Below the pieces are notes generated by a model. It saw only the letters and a program-made list of their open reading frames with translations, had not been told where the DNA came from and ran no database searches. Shown here piece by piece: positions 11,960-28,018 of a stretch of 64,000 nt of DNA. Origin of the DNA: Okamejei kenojei (lineage: Eukaryota); assembly GCA_035221665.1 (NCBI GenBank), contig CM069141.1, positions 46,996,001 through 47,060,000 on the forward strand, written 5' to 3'. Numbering within the stretch: position 1 is the first letter of the stretch; every line of letters begins with the position of its first letter. Made by a program: the position numbers and the translations under genes.

Positions 11960-12690
11960 CGTTCAGTTCAGTTTAGTCAGTTCAGTTTAATTTATTGTTA
12001 CATGTACTTAGATACATTGAAAAGTTTTTGTTGCATGCTAACAAGTCAGCAAAAGGGCAATACATGATTACAATCAATCCATTTACAGTGTATAGATACA
12101 TGATAAGGGAATAACGTTTCGTTGAAAGTAAAGCCAGCAAGGATAGTCCGAAGATCCCCAAAGATGTAGATCGTAGATCAGCACTGCTCTCTGGTTGTGG
12201 TTGGATGATTCAGTTTCCTGATAACTGCTGGGAAGAAGCGGTTCCTAAATCTGGCGGTGTGCATTTTCACACGTCTATAACTTTCGCCCGATATGAAAGG
12301 CGAGAAGGGGGAGTGGCTAGGGTGCGGTCGTCATTGATTATGCTGCCGGTCTTGCCGACGCAGCGTGAGGTATAAATGGAGCCCACAGAAGGGAGGTTGG
12401 TTTGTCTGATGGTCGGGGCTGCATCCGCCATTCTCTTCTTGGATGGAGCTGTTCCCAAACCAAGCTGTGAGGCAACTGATAAAATCCATTCTATGGCGCA
12501 TCTGTAGACGTTGGCAAGATTTGCAAGGGTCATGCCAAAATTCCTAAGCCTTTTATGGAAATAGAGGCGTTGGAGAGCTTTCTTGGTCGCTGCTTCAATA
12601 TGGCTTGTTTCAGGAGAGTTTGCTGGTGATATGGACTCATAGGAATGTGAAGTTTCCAACCATCTCTACTTCGGCACCATTAGCCGTGAC
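11960..12690 (-). mobile_element. Rex1/Babar-like non-LTR retrotransposon 3' fragment
   Basis: ORF 12267-12659 HIEAATKKALQRLYFHKRLRNFGM..NVYRCAIE is the post-RT motif of this clade; (ttcag)n tail at ~11960. Confidence 0.7.
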
Positions 12691-12742
12691 CTTTATATAT
12701 ATATATATATATGTATATATTTATATACACAGCAAGGATACA

Positions 12743-13030
12743 GGGCGGCACGACGACGCGCCGGTAGAATTGCTGCCTATCAACGCCAGAGATCAGGGTT
12801 CGTTTCTGTCTACGTGTGCTGCCTGTACGGAGTTTCACTTCATGCCGTGACGTGCGTGCTCTCCGGTTTCCTTTCCACCAAAGACGTGCAGGTTAGTAGG
12901 CTAATTGGCTTGGTAAAATTATATTGTTTTCCTCCTGTGTGTAGGATAGTGTTAGTGTGCGGGGATCGCTGGTTGGAGCGGGCTGGATGGGCCGAATGCC
13001 ACGTTGTATCTCGAAACTAAAGTAAACTAA
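12743..13030 (+). mobile_element. tRNA-derived SINE, paralogous copy of 4629-4946
   Basis: Same body and same downstream flank (gtcaaa..gcgaaacaaaag), so it was duplicated together with the gene unit. Confidence 0.7.
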
Positions 13031-13369
13031 GTCAAAGTGCGAAACAAAAGTCGATGAAAGGTTAAGCAATTCACCATTTTGATGTTCCCAAATGGATATT
13101 GAAGTATCTAAGGTAGACCAATGTAGCACTCCATTGTAGACTCCGCGTGCATTCTCCATGAACGAACCAAAACGCACAGTCTTCAATGTTTTCTAGGGTC
13201 CTGCTTTACGCAGTTATTTATCACGTTTACTTCATCCCCGTTAAAATGTTCTGTAGAAATGTATACCCTTTTTTACTATCTCGAACAAAATATATTTTAA
13301 CCATTATATATTTAACTATGGTTGTACGCCACAATTAAAAGTGTACCGTACAGCTTTAAGAACCGTAGC

Positions 13370-13411
13370 TGCAGTTGTCTAAAAAAACTGGTTGTGTCGC
13401 TGTCTACCAAT
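13370..13411 (+). promoter_or_regulatory. Pcdh CSE of gene 3
   Basis: tgcagttgtctaaaaaaactggttgtgtcgctgtctaccaat. Confidence 0.8.
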
Positions 13412-13647
13412 GAGAAGCTGAAGTACACAGATGGATCCATTGCCCCTCCTACATCACAGAATAAAAACGCCAGACACGAACTGAAAGGCGAGCAGTCTCT
13501 GCGTTTTATCAAGCTGCGGGAGGATATATACCCTGCCTGTTTTGACAAGGCAATTAATTAGAAGATATCTTCTACTTCGTGGTAAGAACAGTTTTACCGA
13601 TTAATCGAGGGGAGGCCTGTTTTTCGACATTATTTGAGTGCGGAACA

Positions 13648-16160
<2,513 letters not shown>

Positions 16161-17335
16161 TGCTTTAATTTTGGGGTCCTTTTTTTTTTATAATATAGGA
16201 ATGTGAATTTATTTCGTGAGTGAAATATTTAAGAAAATATTATTTTGGTCCATTTTTACGCTTCCGTTTAAATGGTTAAAATATATAACTTTCAGTAAAT
16301 AAAGTTCCATCGTCTGCGAGTGGGATCTGTCAAATCTGAAATGCCTTATTGCCTATCATTGAACGACGGAGAAATATACACTGCTATAGGATCACTTACA
16401 TTAAGGATGCTGAATCCATTTACTTGCTTCAACTAAGAATTACGAGAAAAAAGTTCGTCCACAGCGTTAATATGTACAGAGCACGTAAATAAATAACAAA
16501 TTTAGATGACGGGAATTAAAACATAAAATGAACCAGAATCACGAGAGACTTCGGATCCTAAAATATTGTACAAAATAAAACGAGCTGTCGGGAAACTCGT
16601 CAGGTGGGCCACCGAGTGAGCTTGGATATGGACAGATAATATTTCTGGTAGACACCCTTCCTCTAATCTGGACTAATGGAGTATTAGCTGGTAGAAAGCG
16701 GCGAACGTAAGTGGTGAGGCAAGTGGCATCCAGCAAAGGAAGCGTTGGTTGGCAGATGCAAAACAACGGATTGAGATGGTCACAAAGGCGGGAGTGAATA
16801 GGTGAAAAATAAATGAGCTGATGATGGAATCCGTAAGAAGGGGAATATGAGAAAATATAATATAATAGAAGTATAGGCAAGCAGTGTTCCTGGCTGGTTG
16901 TTTGCAATAGAGGCTGGGGGTGGTTATGAAGATCGCAGTGGATGTAGTGGTGGATGACGAGCAGAAGGAGATCTGGATGGAAGAGCGGAAAAGGAACAAT
17001 GTAAGGGCGGACGAGGAGTGGAAATAAAATATGTGCGTGAGAGCAGTCGTGCAGATCCGCAGGAGAAGGTGGTGGATGTGCGGTAATCTATAATTATAAA
17101 ATTCAATGTTAATGCCTTTGGGTTGTAGGCCACGCAAGCTCAATATATGGGTGCTTGTATTTTAGTTTGTATATGACCTCTGTGAGCATGGAGAAAAAAC
17201 TGAGGACAGAGAGATCTGCATTGGAATGGGAATGTAATTGAAGATGTTGTAATCAGGAGTTCCAGCTGGCTCTGGTGGTCTAACAGCAACTGTTTGGCAA
17301 AGTGGGCGTTTCGTCAGCCTTCCAATTCAGACCAC

Positions 17336-19940
17336 ATACATAGAAACATAAAAAATAGGCGCAGGAGAAGGCCATTCAGCCCTTCGAGCCTGCACTGCCA
17401 TTCAATATGATCATGGCTGATCATCCAACTCAGTATTCTGTACCTGCCTCCTCTCCATTCCCCCTGATTCCTTTAGCCCCAAGGGCCACATTTAAATATA
17501 GCCAATGAACTGGCCTCAACTACTTTCAGTGGCAGGGAATTCCACAGATTCACCACTGTGTGAATTTTTTTTCTCATCTCGGTCCTAAAAGACCTCCCCC
17601 TTATCCTTAAACTGTGACCCCTTGTTCTGGACTTCCCAAACATCTGGAACAACCTTCCTGTATCTAGCCTGTCTAGTCCATGCATTAGCCCTCTCACCCA
17701 ACCTATCCAAGTCACCTTGCAGCCTCCTAGCATCATCTTCACAGCTAACACTGCCCCCAGCTTTGTGTCATCCACAAACTTGGAGATGTTGCATTCAATT
17801 CTCTCGTCCAAATAATTAATATATATTGTAAATAGCTGGGGTCGCAGCACTGAGCCTTGCGGTACCCCACTAGACACTGCCTGCCATTGTGAAAAGGACC
17901 TGTTTACCCCTACTCTTTGCTTCCTGTCTACCAGCCAGTTCTCTATCCACATCAATACTGAACCCCCAATACCGTGTGCTTTAAGTTTGCATACTAATCT
18001 CTTATGTGGGACCTTGTCGAAAGCCTTCTGAAAGTTCAGATATAATACATTCACTGGTTCTTCCTTATCCACTCTACTAGTTACATCCTCGAAAAATTCT
18101 CGATTCGTCAGACATGATTTACCTTTCATAAATCCATGCTGACTTTGTCCAATGATTTCACCACTTTCCAAATGTGCTGCTATCCCATCTTTAATAACTG
18201 ACTCTAAACGTTTCCCCACTACCGATGTTAGACTAACTGGTCTGTAATTCCCCGTTTTCTCTCCCTCTTTTAAAAAATGGGGTTACATTAGCTACTCTCC
18301 AAATTCCTCAGGAAAATATTGACTCCAGAATATCTAAAGAGTTTTGAGAAATTATCACTAATGCGTCTACTATTTCTGGGGCTACTTCTTTCAGCACTCT
18401 GGGATGCAGCCTATCTGGTCCTGGGGATTTATCGGCCTTTAATCCATTCAATTTACCTAACAGCACTTCCTGACTAACCTGGATTTCACTCAGTTCCTCC
18501 ATCTCATTTGTCCCCCGGTCCCCTGCTATTTCCGGCAGATTATTTATGTCTTCCCTAGTGAAGACAGAACCAAAGTAGTTATTCAATTGGTCTGCCATGT
18601 CCTTGTTCCTCATGACCAATTCACCTGTTTCTGACTGCAAGGGACCTCCGTTTGTTTTAACTAATCTTTTTCTCTTCACATATCTATAAAAGCTTTTGCA
18701 GTCAGATTTTATGTTCCCTGCCAGTTTTCTTTCATAATCTATTTTCCCTTTCCTAATTAAGCCCTTTGTTCTCCTCTGCTGGACTCCCAGTCTCTCTAGT
18801 AGAATGCTTTTTCTGGCTAATTTGTATGCTTCATCTTTTGTTTTGATACTATCCCTGATTTCCTTGTAACCACGGATGCACTACTTACCTGATTTATAAA
18901 TATTTTGCCAAACTGGGATGAACAATTGTTGTTAGTTCATCCTATTGCGGTCTTTAAATGCCTTCCATTGCATATCCACCGTCAACCCTTTAACATCAAT
19001 TGCCAGTCTATCTTGGCCAATTCACGTCTCATGCCTCAAAGTTCCCTTTTCTTTCTCATGAACCCTTGTTTCTGAATTAACTATGTCCACTCTCCATTCT
19101 AATGAAGAACTCAACCATCTTTATTATGGTCACTCTTGCCAAGCTGCCACGCACAACAAGACTGCGAACTACCCTTCCTCATTACTCTCATACTCAGTCT
19201 AGAATAGCCTGCTTCCCTCGTTGGTTCCTCTACTGTTGGTTAAGAAAACTATCCCGCATACATTCCAAGAAATCCTCTTTTCCTCAGACACCCCTGCCAA
19301 TTTGATTCACCAATCTATATGTAGATTGAAGTCACCATTTAATTGTTTTACCTTTGTTGCACTCATTTCTAATTTCCTGTTTGATGCCTTCCCCAATCCC
19401 TACTACTACTGTTGTGAGGTGGCCTGTACACAAACTCCCACTAGCGTTTTCTGCCCTTAGTGTTTCGCAGCTCTACCCATATTCGATTCCACATCCTCCA
19501 AAGCTAATGTCCTTCCTTTCTACTTGCGTTAATCTCCTCTCTAATCAGCAACTCTACCTCACCTCCTTTTCCTTTCTGTCTATCCCTCCTGGATATTGAA
19601 TATCCCTGGATGTTCAGCTCCAGCCTTGGTCACCCTGGAGCCTTGTCTCTGTGTGATCCCAACTATATCATATTCATTTAATTACTATCTGCACGTTCAA
19701 ACTCATCCATATCCTAATTACGAAAAGCTCCTTGCATTGAGACACAAAGCCAGGCTTGTTTTTACAACACCTTTACCCCTTATACAATTATGTTGAAAAG
19801 TGGCCCTTTTTGATTTTTGCCCTGGATTTGTCTGCCTGCCACTTTTACTTTTCACCTTGTTATCTATTGCTTCTACCCTCATTTTACACCCCTCTGTCTC
19901 TCTGCTCATGCTCCCACCCCTCTGCCACATTAGTTTAAAT
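17336..19940 (-). mobile_element. CR1/HER1 LINE, 5'-truncated, internally deleted ORF2
   Basis: ORF 17473-18219 SQHGFMKGKSCLTN..FQKAFDKVPH..GVPQGSVL..FVDDTKL (RT); ORF 18308-18679 KSPGPDRLHPRVLKE; acatagaa tail repeat at 17336. Confidence 0.9.
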
Positions 19941-21914
19941 ACCTTGTAATATTTCCTGCACTTTCCTTGCGTGGGAGTTAATCACATCATTCCTATGTCG
20001 CTCGTACAGAATTGTGCACAAGCATTCAAATGCGGCCGAAGTAATATTTTGTTCAGCCGTTGCACGATATTTGAACTCTTTTGCTGCGCACCTAGGCTGA
20101 TGAGGGCAATGGTGCCACATGCAAACGTAACCACCCTGCTTACCCGTGCTCCCCATTTATAAAGAACTATTTGTTTTATACCCACCAAAATATCCTTACG
20201 TCCTACGAATTCCTACAAGACCTGGCCACTCATTGATTATCGTATGTGTTCTACAGGGCTCACAAATGAGAAAATACGTCGTGCAATGTACATCAGAAAT
20301 AAACGACGAAATTTAATATTATCGTTAAATATTGGCACCATTGCCGCTGCGAATTCGCATTTGGTTGATAAACTTCTAAAGATATTAGTTATTTTCTATC
20401 CTCCAATTCACACTACTAATGAAAACGAACTTAATTTTCATTTGGTTGGCCTATTACGAAGGGGCCCAGACCTGATCATTTAAATGATCTCTTTCCCTTG
20501 GATGTAATCGTTACAAACATGATTAATTTTGCAGCCTTTTGTGTTGTTTTCCTTATTGATGAGATTTATTTATACAAAAATAACTTGGGTCAATTGAGGC
20601 TTGAAGCTTATTCTTCGTCGTTCTGTAGCCGATGTGATTTCGAAAGAGCATCCACATCTTGTGGTATAACTAATACCAAGTTTAATCATAATTCAGCAAC
20701 TAAAACCTCGCTGGGGCTCATGTCCAGAATTATCAGTCAATTACCCCCCCAAAAAATAATTATACTTCTTTGCTTGCATTCTATTTCTAATACCATCATC
20801 TAGTTCTTCGTGTTCGCTTGTAATGAATTCGTAGCTTTTGTTACAGTTATGCAATTAATATTTCTTATATTAGGTTTGAAAGAGAACACCTCCGTGGATC
20901 AATGCGCTATTGAGCCGCTTATATGTAACTTGCATGAAGGGAATATTTGGAACGAATGCACAATGAAACAGAGATACGCAAAGTAAATAGCAGTCGACAA
21001 ATCCACACATCTTCCCATGCCCAACCCTCCACTGACGCCTAAATCCGATGCTTTCTATTATATCGGTCAGATTCTCTGGATTAAAATGCGTACACAAATG
21101 CAGATACCCATGACAGAATCAATCCCAATTTATTCTAAACCTACGGTTGACGGTACAACATCCATCTGACAAGCAACTCTATTTGATTTGGAGCTGACGA
21201 ATCTTTTCTCCACGAATAACTTTACTTGGAAGATTACTTCACCAGTTGCTACCATTGAAACCGTTATGTTTACTAAATCCAACTTGAAGAAAAGTGACAC
21301 TACAATTTTAAATAATATCTCCTCAAATATGTTTAGTAGTGAAAGAACAATAAGAAACTCTAGGAAAACACAAAGCATTGGAGGAAGGCAGCGGACCAGG
21401 CAGCGTCTGTCGGGGAAACGTGTCACTTTGTCGGTCCAGGCCCCTTTTATATATATATTGCAGATGCTGCACACCATGCGTTCCTCCAGCACTGTGTATT
21501 TTGCTTGTCTTAAGATATTATGCCATCGACAATTTCTTATGTTTCATTAATGAGTACCCCTAGCCGCGAGCAACAACAAACGTACGAAGATTCCAAATTA
21601 AATATATTTTTAGATTCAATTCTTAACTGTAATTGACAGACTCTGGCTCATGTTGTAGACAGTAATTGTTCCGTATTGTATTATTGGGTCGACAGATGTA
21701 ATGATATCAACCCATCAGTACATTCAGATGAGTATGAAAGCATTTTTCAGGTCACAATGCCCCCAAAACGCGACTTCTAGGTTCAACACAGAAAAACAAA
21801 TCATTAACACGTATTTGCAGGTAATTAGCATTTTTGATTATTCACCGTTAAATATTTAGGGTTGAAAATACTAGTTAAAACAAGTACAGCTTTAAGATGT
21901 AAGGAATTAGCAAC

Positions 21915-21965
21915 TGTACTGTTATTTGTGGAAAAGAATATGGTCGTGTCGCTGTCTTACCCAAT
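21915..21965 (+). promoter_or_regulatory. Pcdh CSE of gene 4
   Basis: tggtcgtgtcgctgtcttacccaatgag. Confidence 0.7.
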
Positions 21966-22232
21966 GAGAGCTCAAATGCACAGATTGGATCCATTGCCCC
22001 TCCCACTGCCCAGAACAAAAAACGTCAGACGCGACGAGAAAGGCGAGCAGTGCCTGTGTTTTGATGGTGGAATCAAGCTGGGGGAAGATAGAATTACCGT
22101 GTGTTTGTGTTTTCCTTACGGCTTTCAGAATCATATATGATTTACTTTATATTGTAATAAGATTAAAAGGATTTGTTTTTACGGATTACCCGAAGAGAGG
22201 CTTGGTTTTGGACGTTAGTGGACTACGGAACA

Positions 22233-23529
22233 ATGGCGTACATACCGAAGTGTGCCTGCAATGTGTTTGTATCTATGTTGCTGATATGTACGCCGGATCT
22301 AATTTACGGGCAAATTCGTTATTTTCTATTCCCGAGGAAAATGGAAGAAAGGCGCGTTTGTTGGAAATATCTCGCACATGATCTGGGTTCTGAACCTATC
22401 GCAATAGAGTAGCTCGCAAATTGCGACTAAGCTCCGATGACGGAGGACGGTTGCATGAAGGTTGGTTCAGACAATGGGGTATATGTCTTATTATCTATTC
22501 ATGAAAGAATCGACAGGGAACGTATTTGTAGGCACACGGAAATGTGTACCATATATTTTAAAACAACACTGGATAATTCCCTCGGAGGTTTGTAGTGTAC
22601 CGCGGGGAGGGAGTGGAAGTAGTCGGGGAAAAGAAGAAGTAGTCTCGATGTAAATGCAATCCATCCTCCGAATCTTCGCGGAGGAAAGCGGAAGCATCGC
22701 CTTGCAGATATTGAAGCGATTGCACCCGGAGTACGTTTCCGTCTGAAGGAGCGCGGAAGATCCCGGATATTGGAATGTGGAATTAATACTGGTCGCGCCT
22801 ACACACAAATCAGTTCCACTATGAGCAATTTTGTCGTAAAAATCGTATAACACAGAAGATGGTATTATGGTGTAGCCGAAACTTACTTTTGGAGGAAAAG
22901 AAATCTTTAGACCGAGAGATGCAAACATCATCATCAACTCTTGCTTACGGCGACTGACGGGGGGATACCTCAGAGATCAGGCACAGCTCAAGTTCTCATT
23001 ACGGTTTTGGACAGTAATGATAATCCTCCAGTGTTCGATCGAGATAATTATAGGGGCAGCTTAAGTGAGAGCGCACGGCAAGGTGCCTATTGTGATGCAA
23101 GTAAATGCAAATGACTTGGACGAAGGACTAAACGCGGAGCTGACGTACTCTTTTAGTGATGCTACTTTGCGAAGAGTGCGTAATTTATTCAGATTAGACC
23201 CACATAGTGGGGAGATCCGTGTAGAAGGACTGCTGGATTTTGAAGAAGCAACGAGCTATTCTCTAGATATTCAAGCTATGGATAATGGTTCACCTCCATT
23301 ACTGGACCACGCAAATGTGCTGATCAAAATATCTGACGTGAATGATAACGCACCCGAGATAAAGGTGACATCAGCTTCCACCAAAATCCCGGAAAATGTT
23401 CCACCAGGAACATTCATAACGTTCATTGATGTCATTGATCGTGATTCTGGAGAGAACGGTCACGTCCGCTGCGAGTTGTCTCAGAAGTTCCCTTTAGATT
23501 TACAAACATCGTCGAACCATTTATAAATT

Positions 23530-23580
<51 letters not shown>

Positions 23581-24773
23581 TTACCAGTGAAACGTTGGAC
23601 CGTGAAGTAATTTCTGAGTATACATTACTAATTTCAGCATGGGACCTGGGGTCGCCTTCACTGTCGTCAAACAAAACTATCCATATTGCAATCACCGATA
23701 TAAACGACAACGCCCCGCGGTTTGCTGCAACATCCTACAACGTATATGTGACGGAGAATAGTGTTCCGGGTGCATCCATTTTCGCACTAACTGCACTAGA
23801 TCCTGATCAGGAGCAGAATTCCTATGTCTCTTACTTTTTTGGGGACAATCAGATCCAAAACCTGCCAGTATCCACTTACCTATCTATTAACCCAATGAAC
23901 GGTACTATTTACGCGCTGCGTTCTTTCGACTACGAGGAACTCAAGAACTTCCAGATCAACGTACAAGCCCGTGATGCGGGGGTGCCTCCGTTAAGCAGCA
24001 GCGCCACGGTGAATGTCATCATCCTGGATCAAAATGACAACGCGCCGGTAATTATTTCACCTTTAGAACAGAGTGGATCAGCGGCAACGGATATGATCGT
24101 GCCCAGTCTGCGGGTCATCAGGTTACTTGGTCACCAAAATAATAGCTACGGATGCAGATTCTGGTCAGAACTCACGACTCTTTCATCAGATGGCGAAATC
24201 TACCGATCCCACTTTGTTCAACGTTGGGAAGATTTCCGGTGAAATCAGAAAAGAACTAGTCGCAACACATTTGCAGTCCGACAATGGTTTACAGACTCTG
24301 GTCATCTTGGTTAAAGACAACGGGCAGCCAAGTCTCTCCAGTACAGTTACAATGAACATTAGAGTTTTGGAGAACAGCACTGAAGGAATCACCGAAAGCA
24401 GTACCTTGGTGATGAATCCAGAAATATTTCTCTGATCCAAAGTTGTTTACTTTATCATCATTTTCAGCTGCACTTCCGTTGTCTTTCTTGTGATTCATCG
24501 TTCTGCTGATTGGCATCAAGTGTGTAAACAGGACAGAAGTATTATCCAAGGGTATAACACCCCAGTTATTGTTACAATCGTGGAGAGTTACACGGTACGT
24601 TTAATGGAAGACCTGCCATAGAGGAAACTTTACGCTATCCCGGGACAGGCCGGGTTGTCCGCGTGACCGGCAACCGCATCAATACTCGTTCTGCCTGTCT
24701 CCAGAGTCAGCGAAAGTGTGATTTTATTTTTCTCTTCTTGAAGCCACGCGGCGATCCCACGTCTCAGGCCTAA
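22233..24773 (+). CDS. Clustered protocadherin gene 4 (second subtype)
   Basis: ggaacaATGgcg start. ORFs 23065-23526, 23595-24242 and 24127-24435 give EC3-EC6. Tail ends tctcaggccTAA. A poly-C run interrupts EC4. Confidence 0.75.
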
Positions 24774-27719
24774 TGATGCGCATGCTCAAGGAAGGCGCAT
24801 CTTATTTGGGGTCATTTTACTCTCGAGGCATATGAATAATTCGTGAGTGAAATATTTAAGAAAATGTTAATTTTGTGCATGTAAATTTTTCGATTTCCTT
24901 TAAATTGTGTATTTGTTGTAATGATAAAGAATATATAACTTTTAGCAAATAAAGCCCATCGTCTAAGAGGTAGCTGTCAACTCTGAGAAATCATATTGTC
25001 TATTATTGAACGACGTACAGATATACATTGCAGCTGGATCACTCACATTAAGGATGCTAAATCCATTTACTTGCCAAAAGTAAAAAATACGATAAGAAAT
25101 TCGACGTCAGCATATTCCATATGAAGTGCTGATAGGTACAGAGCAAATAAATAAATAACAAATTAGAGGGGGGGGTGGGGGGGGGGGGGGAGACGGGAAA
25201 TGAAAATATAAAGTGAATGACAAACACAAGATGCGGAAGCGGAAATATTGTGTAAGGTAAAACGAGCTGGCGGGAAACTCATCAGGTGGGCCACGAAGTG
25301 AGCTGGGATATGGACAGATAACGTTTCAGGTTGTACCGTACCCCCAAACTGGACTAGGGGTGCATTAGCTGGTAGAAAGTGGTAAATGAAAACGGGGAGG
25401 CAAGGGCCGGCAAGTGGAATCCAGGAAAGGAAAACTTGGCTGGCAGATGGAAAACATGGTTGGAGATGGTCACAAAGTGAGTTAAGATGTGAAAAAGAAG
25501 AACGAGATGGTGGAATCCGATAAGAAGGGAATGTACGAAAGAAACTAGAAGTATGGGCAGGCAGGGCTCATGCGAAACAGTACGACGGGTAGAGGAGGAT
25601 GTGAGTGTGAGGACCCGTGCAGATCAGCAGGTGGAAGGGGGGTGGGTGGGCGGTAATCTACAGGTGGAACAAAGCATGTTCATCTGCCTTTGGATTGTAG
25701 GCCACACAAGCGGATATGGGGTGCTGGTATATGTATATGGCCTGCATCTGAGTATGGAGTAAACTGAGGGACAGAGAGACTGTATTGGAATGGAATGCAA
25801 CGGAAGGTGTTTGCAATCAGGAGTTCCAGCTGCCTACTAATGGCGTTCTAACCGACCTGTGCACAATACTTCAAATGCGGGCCAAAGCAATGATTTGTTC
25901 AGCCATAACAGGACATCTCAGCTATTTTATTCCCAACCTACGCTGATGAGCGCAAGCGTGCCATATGCAAATGTAACACCTAGCTCCCATTTTTAAAGAA
26001 CTATTTTCTATAAATATAATAAAACATAAATACCCCAAAATATTCTTATGTCTTCAACTCTCTGCAATACATTGCCTCCCACTGATTATGGTGTGTCTGT
26101 GGAGTACACAAATCAGAAACGTCATTCAACCTACTGCAGAAACAACGTAGTGCAACATTGTCCCAACTGCTACCCTTGCCGCTGCGAATGTCTATTTAGT
26201 TTAACTTCTCAAATGATAATAGTTTTTTCTATCCTTAATTTCCCATTTCACAGTGCTATATGAAAACTAAAACATACTCATTGGTTTGCAATTCTGATGA
26301 AGGGCCCAGAACTGAGCATTTAATTGTTATCTTTCCTCATATAATCTATGACCTGATGAATGTTTGAAGCCTTTTGTGCTTCTTTCCTTCATAGATGAGA
26401 TTTCATACTTGGGTCAATAGAGGCTTGAATCTTATTCTGTGTCGTTCTACAGCCCGAAGTGATTTCGAAAAGAATTACGCCCACGATCCCAGTGGAATAA
26501 ATAATACAATACACAACCTTGAGGATCAAGCGACATCGAACCGCTTATTGTAAATTGCACGAAAGGGGAATGCTTGGAAAAACAAAGTGCACAATGAAAC
26601 AAAGGGTCGAAAAGTAAATAAGAAGTCACAAATCGGCCAATTTTCCTGCGCCCCAACCTCCACTGACATCCTTTGTCCGAGCTCCCATTGATATCAGTCT
26701 GATTCTCTGAATTAAAACGCGCACCACAAATGCAGACACTCCTGACAGAATCATTCCAAATTTATTTTGTACTTTCTGATTTGGGATGGTAAAAAATGCA
26801 CCTGAGAATCAACTCTATTTGATTTAGAGCTGACTAATCTTTTCCCACGAACACGTTACTTGAAAGTCAAAATGCATCCACCAGTTGGTACCATTGAAAG
26901 CGTTATGTGCACTAAATCCAGCTTTAAGAAATGTGACACTACAAAGAATCTCCTCAAATATTTACAATAAAACAATAAGAAACTCTCTCAAAACACAAAG
27001 TATTTGGAGGAACGCAATAGGTCGGGGAAATGGACAGTCAACGATCTGGTTCAGGCCCCTTCTTCGATTCATTGCAGATGCTGCGTCCCCCGCTGCCTTC
27101 CTCCAGCACCGTGTATTTAGTTTTGAGATTTGCAGCAACTTCCATTAATAGACCCCCCCAGCAGTGAAGAACAAAATCGTAGGAAGTTTCCAACATATAT
27201 ATATTTCGTTTCAAATCTTAATTGCAATTGCCATGTGCCCCCCCCAACATATGTTGCAGAGAGTGTTTTTACCCCATATTATGTGTTCTTTCTCAGAGGC
27301 ACTGATATAAGGTGTTCATGTTTTGAGTGAATGGATCCTTTCAGATAGTATCAAGGATTGTCAGGTTCAAAACCCCCCCCCCCAATGCCCTCAGTACGTG
27401 TCTGCTTTGACTTTCAAAATTAAAGCTTCTGCTTCTTCTTCTTCTTGCGTATGGCATACACAGCTAAAGTTGTACGACAATAACGTGTTATATTTGCTCT
27501 TATTTGATTGTGCACGCCGGCTGGTGCGGTGATTGCATATCGTCGAATTGCACGTTGCGACCACACGGCGGACCAGCGTGCAAGGTGCAATCTCCTCCAC
27601 ACCCCAAAGGTTAAATGCTGAAATACAAATCGAAACGTTTATTTGCAGGAATTGGGTGGTTATGGTTGTAGACCGTTAAATATTTAGGGGAACAGTCCAG
27701 CTTTAGAAGAAGTTACAAC

Positions 27720-27767
27720 TGTAGTTATTGAAAAGAACTGGTCGTCTTGTTGTCGCTGTCTACAAAT
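27720..27767 (+). promoter_or_regulatory. Pcdh CSE of gene 5
   Basis: tgtagttattgaaaagaactggtcg..tgtcgctgtctacaaat. Confidence 0.7.
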
Positions 27768-28018
27768 GAGATCTCGAGTGCACAGATGGATCCATTGCCC
27801 CTCCCACTGCCCAGAACAAAAACGTCAGACGCGACGGAAAGGAAAGGCAAGCAGTGGCCCCGCGTTTTGGTGCCGGAATAAAGCAGAGGAGGATAGATTT
27901 ACCGTGTGTTTCCTTACGGCTTTCAGGATATGTGATTTTCTTTACCTTGTGGTAAGAACATTTTTACGGATCACCCGAAGAGAGGCTTGGTTTTGGACAT
28001 TAGCTGACTGCGGGAACA

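Noticed and set aside
23533-23579. Poly-C/G tracts as G-quadruplexes or poly-Pro/Gly coding
   Set aside because: The run interrupts aaattgg|ttaccagt, which is contiguous in gene 5; most likely a long-read artefact, as are the other homopolymers.
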